From Wallemia ichthyophaga EXF-994 (lineage: Eukaryota > Fungi > Basidiomycota), in the NCBI RefSeq assembly GCF_000400465.1, contig NW_008806277.1:90001-122000 (forward strand): a stretch of 32,000 bases of DNA, in the 5' to 3' direction. Positions 12,034 through 24,019 of the stretch are shown here, piece by piece (the stretch's first letter is position 1; the number at the start of each line of letters is the position of its first letter). A program made the translations under genes and the position numbers. A model generated the notes under the pieces. It was given only the letters and a program-made list of their open reading frames with translations, did not search any database and was not told where the DNA came from.

Positions 12034-14362
12034 CTACTGCCGAATCTTATCCATCCATTTCATAAATATGTTCTTTTTGCCTGCTTTAGCTGTGCCTGTC
12101 CGTGATGATGGTCTTGCTGCTGCCGTCATAGGCGAGCTGCCAATGTCGTTATCGAGTGCGTTTGCGTTTGTATTTGCATTTGCATTTGCATTCGCGTTCG
12201 TGTTTACGTTTACGTTCGGCGACGGTATCCTCTTCCCCCGTCCACTCTTCTCCCGCTCATACTTTTCCCGCTCGAGCTGCTCTCTCTCTCTACGCACACT
12301 AGCTGCATTCAGCCTCGCGCCAGCGGGCGCAGGCGGCGGCGATATTTGTCCGTTACGCGGGTTCGCGTTGGCTGTGCCGTGACTGACGCTCCTCTCTTTC
12401 ATGAACGTCTCTGACATTCCGCTGGCGAATTGGCCGCTGCTGTGTGGCGGTGTAGGCTTGGTGTCTGCTACACTCTCTGCTGCACTCAGAGACCGCCTCC
12501 TGCTTCGTTTTTCCTCTTGTTTCTGCTTCTGCTGTCTCCCGCCGTTGGGTATCTCGGGTGGTATATCGTGCTCTCCCTTACTTCCACTCGCGTTTCCACT
12601 CCCACTCATGCTTTTCAGCCTCACTTTCCCAAACCAGCTGCTGTCTTTGTCGTATGTGCTCGCAGCATGGCTGGTAGATGGCCTCGCTGTAGATTTGTCC
12701 TTCTTGGCAAAAAGCGATCCTGAGGATATGGGTCGAGATGCTGAGCCTGCGTTGGAATTGTTACTCTTGCTTTTGATGGCGCTACTGTTTCCATTGCCAC
12801 TACCACTCCCCATCCCCACACTGCTTACCCTGTCTGCCCCCAGTCCAAAAGGTATATTGAGTGACTTGCGAGAGCTTTGAGATCCAGTGCGTTTCAGATC
12901 ACCACTTTTATTCTTATCTTTGTCCTTTTCTTTGTCTTTGTCATCCTTACTCTCCTTCTTTTCCTCACTCGCAGTCATAACCTGGTTGAGCTTCGACGTG
13001 CTGTTCACTTTAGAAGCACTGGTGAGTGGGGTGAGGGTGGGTGATGGTGGTGCACTAAAAGACCCTTTCTTCTTCAAGTACGACGCCTTGTTTGACTTGT
13101 CCTTGTCCTCCTCTTCCTCCACCAGCGGCACCTGAGGCGAAGGCTTCTCCGCGAGACCAACACTCCCTCTATCAAGATGGACAGTCTCGTAGAAGAAGAC
13201 ATACCCCTCTCCCGCCGGATCGTTTCCGAAGAATTTACTCAGTTCGTGCTCGTCGACAATCGACACCTTATCGTCGTCGAACAGCACCCATCTGTCATAC
13301 GACTTGATGATAGATACGTAATGGCCGTGGTGTGGGCCGCTGTAGGTGCATTAATGATGATTTTGGTAAGCTCGAGTGCAAATATTTACACACCTGCCGA
13401 TATGGATGATGACTGCAAAGAGACTATACATCCTGTCACTGTTTTCAGCACCCTGGCATGTGCTGCTGAGATTGGCAGGCTCGAGAAGGAACGGGAACGC
13501 AACGCGGTACGACAGTTTGATGTAGCGGTTCTGCTCTTCCTGATATTTGAATCGCTTGAGGTGGAGAGCGAGGATGTTTGGGAGCTTCTTGATACGCATC
13601 CTGAATATAGTACAAGGTGTAAGAGGATGGTTTAAACACTCTAATTAAACACTCTTACCATTTTTCAGCTTCCTGCAATCCTCCACAACCATCGCAGAAG
13701 AATTTGTTCTTCTGGCAGAGCATCTCGCGCGTGCTGAAGTTGCTCAGACACTCTGTGACATTGGAGTCTTCCTCGACGTTGATGCTGAGATCGAGAAACG
13801 ACTCATCGCGGTGGGTAATGTTCTCGCAGGTCATGCATTTCGTTTCATTTGTGAGCGTTCCTTCGAAGAGAGAATGTACGAGCGTGTGGGGGGATTTGGT
13901 GAGGCGCGTAAGATCCTCAGCGACTCTATTGAGAAGATAGTTGAGGAACTCATGCGCATCCTGGTGCGTCGTCGATCTGAACAGCTCATTTTCAATTCGA
14001 AGCCTATCGACAAATGATTTGGTGTGAGATACGCCAGTACGCCTAGGCTGCCTGGATATTTCATGGAAAAGATTACGGAGCACTGTGTACATGCTCCTGT
14101 CTACATCCGACGGCAGCCCCAAAATCAATTCTCTTAACGGGCGACAGAAGTAGAGAGATTGGAGAACTGAATTGCAGTAGCACGTATTGCCCAGATTATC
14201 CATCCCGTAGAATCTCTCGAGGTTTCTGTCTGCAACCTGCTCTGCACTCAGTCGCCGCTCTGTTTTCGGGTCCTTTACCAGCGCTGCATCGAGCTCCCTG
14301 CTGCTGATCCCGCTTTGAAGATCCTTGCTGGCTATTCCAAGCCTCTTGAACAACGAGGTCAT
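12034..14362 (-). CDS. Ubiquitin-specific protease, USP12/46 (CreB/Ubp9/13)-like, with a long low-complexity C-tail; exons 14362-13659, 13600-13394, 13339-12034
   Basis: Cys box [23 protein letters not shown], His box [18 protein letters not shown]; 58- and 54-nt introns. Confidence 0.92.
12155..12215 (-). repeat. Degenerate hexamer repeat encoding an Asn-Ala/Asn-Val dipeptide run ([20 protein letters not shown])
   Basis: TTTGCA/TTTGCG/TTTACG units on the plus strand. Confidence 0.8.
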
Positions 14363-14419
14363 CCTGTGCGTCGTTTGCCGTGGCTGCTGTGATCTGAGAG
14401 AGATGAATTAAATAAACAA

Positions 14420-16753
14420 TTAAAATTCATCAGAATCATTTACATCGACATATTTATCTGCCAGCTCATCGTCATCGCTGCTCACGTCTATCATCAGATT
14501 CTTTCGTGGCCGCTGTGTTGGCTTTGTGTTTGAGTTTGTGTTTCTATCAAGCAGCCCAACCGCGACGCGTGGCTGATATATGTGATCTATCTTGCGTCTG
14601 AATTTCTTATAGTTCGGCATATCTCTATCACCTCGAATTTCCTTCTTTTCCTTCTTTTCCCCAGGCTCGTCACGCCTCCGCAGCGGAATGAGTTTCATCG
14701 GAATAATGCAATCGCCGAGAGCGCGCTGAAATCCACTCCCATCCAGCTGCAGATCATCATCAAAGTCATCTCCTTCCCTACCCTTCTTTCCAGCCTCTTT
14801 TCCAACCACTTTTTCAACTCCACCGGACTTGCTCCCAGGCACACTCTCAGGCACCCGCGAAGCCTGTCTCTGCGCAGCCGCTAATACCTCCTGCTCAGCT
14901 ATGCGCGCATGTTGTGCAGCTACCTTCGCATTCCGCTCTTCCAATAGCGTTTTCTTTCTCCTCATCATATGCTCATTGAGAAAATCGTGTTTTTGGGGCG
15001 CTGCCATCTGCTCCTCTACTCTCTCACGCGCCGTCTTGCGTTTCTGAATTATTTGCGGTGTCGGGGGTGGTATGTGCGATTGCAGCTGCGACAGCAATTG
15101 CGTCGGTGCGGGGGAAGACACATGTGGTGCCGTTGGCTGAGGTGCTGGGAAAGGCTCTTCATCGGAGTCGTCGATGTTTATTGTCTGCATTCGACGCGTG
15201 TTTGCTCGTCTGCGCAGGGTGCTTTGTTGTTGATGGGGCTGATAGGGTTGCTGGGGTTGCTTTGTTGGAGATGATTCCTCTGCTTTCTCTTCTGGCTGCT
15301 GCAATTGCGATGTCTCTTCGTGTTGTTTCTGTTGTTGTTGCTGTTGCGCGTTCGCACTTGTATGCACATCATCATCATCAGAATCATCAATGTTACGGGC
15401 CAATGCGCGTCTCGCGCCTGCTCGTTTACCAAGTTGTAATGTTGTATTTTTCCCTGGCTGCTGCGGTTGTCGCAATTGCACTGTTTCTGCTTTCTCCTGA
15501 GCAGGTGGTGCAGCTGACGTGCTATTTTCACCATCATCGTCTAGGTCATTAGAATGCACTCTCGCAGCACCGCTTCTCTTAATCAACTTTCTCTGTGGTG
15601 CTTTCGGTGCCTCAGCTTCCTCTATCCCATCCAGTGCTTTGCGCTTCCTGCTTTGGGAGGGCTCTTGAGAAGGTGCTCTAGAAGAAGAGGATGGTTGTGA
15701 TTCATGCCGAGGTGCATCTACTCTCTCTTCACATGGCACAGCCTCTAAACAATCCACATCAATCTCCATAATAGCTCTATTCACCGAGGAGCATTCCATA
15801 TGCTGAATACCAACTTGTTGAGCAGCTTGCGATATCGCATTCGACCATGCTACACCCTCGCCCAACAACCTGTCGCTTACATCTGTTGGGAGAATAATCT
15901 GGGTGTTTTTCGTACATGTGCGCTCAATTGCTGATGCGACATTGTCCGCTTTGATGGATGTGTTGATTGGTTTAACACTTGCACCGCAATGCGTTAGTAT
16001 GTCGATATAAGCAGATGATAGGAGATCAACAATCACGTAGAAGGTGTGTCCGCTAAATAACCTCAATCTACTCTCAGAAATGAGCCAGAAAGCATCAGAT
16101 TGAATTTTTTCATTGGAAACTGCTGATGGCAGATGATCTGAAGTGACAGTGGGGAGTATAGAATCGATATTGTCTGACAATATAGACTGGTAGACGCTTT
16201 CAAGGTAGCCTCTGTTGACGATAGGTTTGAGGGAGGTTAGAGCAGCGAGTACTTTAGTATTGAGAGATCTTTCTGGATGGACTAGGTAGTCATAGGAGGA
16301 CTTCCAATGACCCCTACCGAATTTTAAACCCTTTTCCGCGTAACAGAGTGTCTCAGAGTTGAATGAAGATTTTGAAGTGAATAGGGAGGAGACATTGAAA
16401 TGAATTGGGCGCCAAATCACAGTCATAGCGATAGCTTGATTGGCAAGGTATATAATGTCACCGTGTTCAATCTCAGTTGAACTGTTTTCGAGCATCGTCG
16501 GTGGGCTGTCTGGTTTGACTACTTTAGCTTTCTTGTTTGCGTGTATTGTGAGAGGATATTTTGCTTGTATATCATCCCTCTTTGTCACGTCAACATCACC
16601 GGCTATCACGTCACAGTGATTAGCCCTACTAATCAACTTATGGTTGAATTTGATTTCTGAGGATTTCCTTCCGATCGAAGTTGTCTTTGAGGGTTTCAAG
16701 AAAAAGAAGCTGTGAGTGTTTTCGTTGGTGTTGTAGCAGTCTAGTGTGTACAT
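14420..16753 (-). CDS. NBS1: Nibrin / Nbs1 (MRN complex)
   Basis: N-terminal FHA (SIGRK...ISRANH), BRCT-like region, C-terminal Mre11-binding NYKKFRRK motif, acidic C-terminus; single ORF of 777 aa. Confidence 0.85.
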   Translation of the reverse strand: MYTLDCYNTNENTHSFFFLKPSKTTSIGRKSSEIKFNHKLISRANHCDVIAGDVDVTKRDDIQAKYPLTIHANKKAKVVKPDSPPTMLENSSTEIEHGDIIYLANQAIAMTVIWRPIHFNVSSLFTSKSSFNSETLCYAEKGLKFGRGHWKSSYDYLVHPERSLNTKVLAALTSLKPIVNRGYLESVYQSILSDNIDSILPTVTSDHLPSAVSNEKIQSDAFWLISESRLRLFSGHTFYVIVDLLSSAYIDILTHCGASVKPINTSIKADNVASAIERTCTKNTQIILPTDVSDRLLGEGVAWSNAISQAAQQVGIQHMECSSVNRAIMEIDVDCLEAVPCEERVDAPRHESQPSSSSRAPSQEPSQSRKRKALDGIEEAEAPKAPQRKLIKRSGAARVHSNDLDDDGENSTSAAPPAQEKAETVQLRQPQQPGKNTTLQLGKRAGARRALARNIDDSDDDDVHTSANAQQQQQQKQHEETSQLQQPEEKAEESSPTKQPQQPYQPHQQQSTLRRRANTRRMQTINIDDSDEEPFPAPQPTAPHVSSPAPTQLLSQLQSHIPPPTPQIIQKRKTARERVEEQMAAPQKHDFLNEHMMRRKKTLLEERNAKVAAQHARIAEQEVLAAAQRQASRVPESVPGSKSGGVEKVVGKEAGKKGREGDDFDDDLQLDGSGFQRALGDCIIPMKLIPLRRRDEPGEKKEKKEIRGDRDMPNYKKFRRKIDHIYQPRVAVGLLDRNTNSNTKPTQRPRKNLMIDVSSDDDELADKYVDVNDSDEF

Positions 16754-16779
16754 TGAAGTGGAGTGGTAAGGAGGATAGT

Positions 16780-19279
<2,500 letters not shown>

Positions 19280-19360
19280 GATTTCAACGATCTATGTAAA
19301 GAAAGATATATAGGTATACAGATATGCATAATGACGATAACGATGATAATGATGACGCTC

Positions 19361-20209
19361 TCACACACCACTCTTGCCCGGCCTCGCTACCAAAGCTGCA
19401 GAAGCCTGATTGGTGGGAAAGATGAGGGAGCTGGCAGTTTGGACGTGCGGAGGACGGCTAGTGACCCAGATGATATCTTCTGCTACATCGTGTGGCGTGA
19501 GAGGGTCTAGATCCTTATAGACATTGCTAGCCTTATCAGTATCTCCGCGGAAACGCACCTCGCTGAATTCCGTCTCGACCAAACCAGGCTGAATTTCCGA
19601 GACGCGGATGGGAGTGCTGATGAGTTCTTTCATGAGAGAGTTAGTGAAAGCTCTAGCAGCGTGCTTAGTGCTGCAGTAGATGCTGCCGTTAGGATAAGGT
19701 TCGATGCCGGCGATAGAGCCGATAGTGACGACATGACCGTTGTTACGCTGTTTGAAGTGGTTGACGAGTATTTGGGTGAGTTTGATAAGACCGGTGACGT
19801 TGGTGGAGTACATCAGGGCTACGTCGTCGTCGGCGATATCTCCCACAGCTTCGATGCCCTTGACTAGACCGGCGTTGTTGATGAGAATGTCGATGTGGGG
19901 GAAAGTGGATCGCTGGAGAATAGTGGAGATGTCTTCGTTGCTGGTCATATCTAAAGAAATTGCTTGGTGTGCGCCGTGGGGATTGAGTTGGCGTGCTTGA
20001 GCGACGATATCTTGCAGCCTGTCTAATCTACGAGCAGCGAGGAGGACATTTGCACCGCATTGGGCGTATAATAGGGCAGTGGACTTGCCGATGCCGCTGG
20101 AGGCACCAGTGACGAGGACATTCTTCCCTTCTGCGGGGGAAGTTAGTGGGGAATCAGTGAGAATAAGTATAAACATACGTAATCTATGAGTTGATAGAAT
20201 TTGGGACAT
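19361..20209 (-). CDS. Classical NADP-dependent SDR, YdfG/YMR226C-like; exons 20209-20179, 20130-19361
   Basis: TGASSGIG, AARR, NNAG, YCSTK, PGLVETEFS; 48-nt GTATGT...CAG intron gives MSQILSTHRLQGKNV. Confidence 0.9.
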   Translation of the reverse strand: MSQILSTHRLRMFILILTDSPLTSPAEGKNVLVTGASSGIGKSTALLYAQCGANVLLAARRLDRLQDIVAQARQLNPHGAHQAISLDMTSNEDISTILQRSTFPHIDILINNAGLVKGIEAVGDIADDDVALMYSTNVTGLIKLTQILVNHFKQRNNGHVVTIGSIAGIEPYPNGSIYCSTKHAARAFTNSLMKELISTPIRVSEIQPGLVETEFSEVRFRGDTDKASNVYKDLDPLTPHDVAEDIIWVTSRPPHVQTASSLIFPTNQASAALVARPGKSGV

Positions 20210-20273
20210 TTTAATTGACTATAGATGATGGACGTTCGGGTTCAAGAGGGTTTCTCTGTTCGCTACAGCCATT

Positions 20274-21317
20274 ATGTAAATTGGGTTTAATTGAAATGGC
20301 AGCAACTGATTGAATCAATCACAGGACACATGTACTCCCAGCTAATCTGTTAAAGGTGATTAGATAATCTTGTGTACGCTGGTTACTCACTCACAGTTGC
20401 AGCTATTTGCACCACGGCCACCACTCTCTTATGCTAAACCACTGGAGCGTGATCCAACGCGTGGAAAGAGGAATACGATTACAGGGATTGCCGGTTTGAT
20501 GGATTCGATTAGGTACGAGAATGAGAAAGTTACAGACGATCAGGATGAGAAGGCACAGCAGAATGGAATCAATGACAACGATAGGAAATCCCAACTTCAG
20601 GCTGAAAAAGCTACAAAGAGAAAGGACACCTTCAACAGCGCACTCAGTCAGTACAACCCACAATCAGACAGTGAAGCTATCGGTGATCCCTTCAAAACGC
20701 TCTTCATTGCACGCTTAACCGCTGAAACCAATGAATCCGATTTACGTAAGGAATTTGAAGTCTATGGCCCTGTGGAAAGAGTTCGTATTGTTCGTCATAA
20801 AGACACGGGAAACAGCCGCCGTTATGCCTTCATTATATTCGAAAAGGAACGCGATATGAAAGCAGCGTATAAGGATGCTGAGGGTTTGAAAATCAATGGC
20901 AATAGAATCCTCGTTGACGTCGAACGCGGTCGTACCGTAAAGAATTGGAAACCTAGGCGTTTAGGCGGTGGTTTGGGTGGTAAACCTAAAGTGGTTATCC
21001 CCGACTTACCTCCGCCACGAGGACCTCGAGGCCCTCCTGGTGGTTCTAGAGGTGGTTTTGGTCCTCCAGGTCCACGAAGAAGCGATGGCGGTGGTAGATT
21101 TGGTCCTCCAGGTGGTGGTCCTGGTCGCTTTAGCCGCGACCGCGACCGTGATCGTGATGGTCCTAGATTCGGTGGTGATCGCCCAATGCGTCACTGGGGT
21201 GGCCCTCCACGCGATAGAGATAGAGGTGATAGAGACGGCCCCAGAAGATCTTTTGGCGGTTTCAAGAGGGAATTTGACGGTGGAGACGATCGGGATGCCA
21301 AGCGTTATAGATATTAG
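20274..21317 (+). CDS. SNP1: U1 snRNP 70 kDa protein (Snp1 ortholog); exons 20274-20275, 20325-20355, 20403-21317
   Basis: Spliced N-terminus MTHVLPANLLKLFAPRPPL; RRM GDPFKTLFIARL...RRYAFIIFE; DVERGRTVKNWKPRRLGGGLG; RG/RD-rich tail. Confidence 0.93.
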
Positions 21318-21393
21318 CTGGCTGGGTCATAATATGTGGTACTTTTGTACAAACGAATTTAATTATTGATTCACTAGTCTCTTCTTAACCGTG

Positions 21394-22951
21394 ATGACCT
21401 CATCACCGAATTCGAACGACTCGAAGAAACGCAAAATGAAATCCTTCGATGAGCTATTCGCTGATGCAGCACCGGAGAAAGCCAAGGGTACGCGACAGAC
21501 GACGCCTCACGCGACGGATGTGCGATGGCTGCGAGTGGGAGGAGGGGGAGCCGGGGGAGCTAACCAAGGCGATGATCAATCAGGCTATTGGTGGCCAGTG
21601 CGAAGTTTAGACGAAGGCGCAGTGGAAGTGTATGGCGACGACGGGCATGGATTCCGCCGGCGGGTCAAAGCAGACAAGGAGTCGCTGGCCACATTCAAGC
21701 GCGAGGGCGTAGTGCGATATACCCCACAGACCTTCTACACGCACGAAACTCCGCCTCCCTGTCTCGTCGACGCTTTTCAAACAGCCGTCAAAAGCGCCAG
21801 CATCGACGACGAGGATAGCAAGGATGACCTGCCTGATGTGGACGTAGCGTTGTATGTCTCAACCCCATCGGCTAGCCAGGTTGGGCAGGTTACCCAAGTG
21901 GACTCGGACTCGTCCCCGGTGAGCACACAAGGGCAGACTGAGACGCATTCAGGGCATTCAGAGCACTTGAATCACTCCCAGCACCTGATTCAACCCGATC
22001 GAGACATCAATATAGCGGAGAAGGAAGGTGTCTTGTCGCGCTACTACAAGTCATCCAAGACACACTGGCCAGCACGCGTCATTGGGTTTGACAGCGGACT
22101 CTACTTGCTCGAATTCAACGACGCGACTGTGCGCAAACTGCCGCGCGCATGTTTCTTTACGTGCGCCGAAAAAGGTTTTCGGGAGTGCGAGCTGGGGATG
22201 CTGGAGAAGGTGGGCGGGGACCAGAAGAAGAAGAAGCGAGGGGACAAGAGCAGGTATGAGTATGGGCGTGAGGGCGGGAATAGGAGTGAGCTCACCTGCT
22301 CACACACTCGCACTCAGCCTCGCATGCCCCCCACAGAGGTGTTTGGGGAGCTGGACATGGCGACACAAGTGCAGCTGTGTCTGCCCATCATCGACCGCAT
22401 AATCCACGAGCAGTACACGCCCGCTCTGGAGAAGCACAAGCAGTTTGTCAGAGGCGGTCTCTCCCGCAAGGCCGTTGGAAAGCAGGTGTGTTATGGGGAA
22501 TTCAGCGGCTGTCGCGACGAGATTGTGGAAATAATACGCGAGTATTTGAAGGTGTGTGCAGCGTGCTGGCTAGCTAGCTAGTTAGGCATACACACACACG
22601 AATACGCTAACACCCCGCTCACACCAGCCAGGCGAGGAGGGAGAGGAAAGTGCGCAGGAAAAGGCCTACGAGAAGCTCACGCCGCCGGAACGCGTTGCTT
22701 ATATGCTCGATGTACTTTTCCCGGAAGTGCTCATCCAGATTGTCATCCACTCGGAAGGACTGGATGGAGAGAGCGCGAGCGGATACAGGCGGGCGTGCGA
22801 AATACTCAAAGCGGAGTCTGCGGACCGCGACTGGATCGATAGGATCTACGCTCAGAGACAGTTCCACGAGCCGTCCACACCCACGCAGCAGCCCGAGCAG
22901 CAGCTGTACCACTCGTCAGGCAGGCCTGTGCGGAAGAAGACAGGGCGATAG
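21394..22951 (+). CDS. Uncharacterised protein with two PWWP/Tudor-like motifs and a helical C-terminal domain; confident intron 22552-22627, splicing at 22210-22317 unresolved
   Basis: GYWWPV and SKTHWPARVIGFDSGLYLLEFND motifs; a 76-nt phase-0 intron with GCTAAC branch joins two ORFs. Confidence 0.7.
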
Positions 22952-23038
22952 TGGTTGTGGCTTAATCGGATTTGATTTTTGATTTTCGCGTACCACTTAC
23001 AGGCTACAGCCCAGCCATCCCGCTTGTACTGCTACACT

Positions 23039-23917
23039 ATGACGTTGATCGACTTTCCTAAGTGCGAGTGCGAGGGCGAGATTGAGAAGGCTACACACAC
23101 ACAAGCCACATCACGCAAATTTCCGCTCAGTCTGCCTTTCGATCTGCGTATGTTTGCGGTGACTTGGCGCCCGCGGCCGGCGACCGCCCCCACATACACA
23201 GCCACCGTCAACGAGAAGCGGATCGCACTGGGCGTAGAGCTGCTCGAGAAGGCTATCGAGGCTGACAGGAGGCGCGACGATGAGCTCTGCTGTACGTATG
23301 CGATTTACAGCGCTCTATCGCTGCAGCTGCCCGATAAGACGCGTTCTGAAATTTATAACAGATGAGGCATATTTCCACGCGGTGGACCTAATATTCAGTG
23401 CAATCAACGAGCGCAAGGAGATGGACTCAAGGCGCATGGAGCACCTCGAGAGCATGATCAATTGCCATTTGCTCAAGCTGGGACTGACGCCAGTGAGCTG
23501 CACAAAAGACCGCGGCGGCGGTTGGCGGGAAGGAGTAATTGAGACGAGCACCGCGATAGCCGTGGCTGCCAAGAAAAGCAAAGTGGGGAAGCGTACTGCT
23601 GTTGGTTTGCTACTCACGCTGCTCAGCTCCACCAATACGCGTTGGGCGGGTTAATCAGCATCGTCAACGCACTCAGACAACTCAATGAGAGATTTCAAAT
23701 ATCTTGGCGTCTCGTCAACGCACTCGAACGCGCAGTCGCGCTCTTTGTCCGCCTTGATAGCCACTTGGGTCTCCACCAATCAGCTTGCGAGATTGGCTGG
23801 ACGGCGTGGGAGGCCACAGTGAAAGCTGCGATAGCTTATGCTCAAGCGGGTGCGTCGACGGCAACATCTCCAGCGTCATCTTCGGTGTCATCTCCATCTC
23901 GAGTGAAATACCAGTAG
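23039..23917 (+). CDS. Uncharacterised protein with a MIT-like helical bundle; introns 23292-23361 and 23583-23626, possibly 23062-23130
   Basis: IALGVELLEKAIEAD...Y..AVDL pattern resembles MIT helix 1-2; two GT-AG introns join three ORFs in frame. Confidence 0.6.
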
Positions 23918-24019
23918 TCTTTAGATGAATTGATATAATTTCTGTATTTAATAAAGCATTTTAAGTTCAATAAACTATAAACACATCTTGGTAGTGTACA
24001 ACGACGATCAGCGCTAGAG

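Noticed and set aside
12401-13135. Hydrophobic plus-strand ORFs
   Set aside because: Reverse complement of Lys/Glu/Asn-rich low-complexity USP tail
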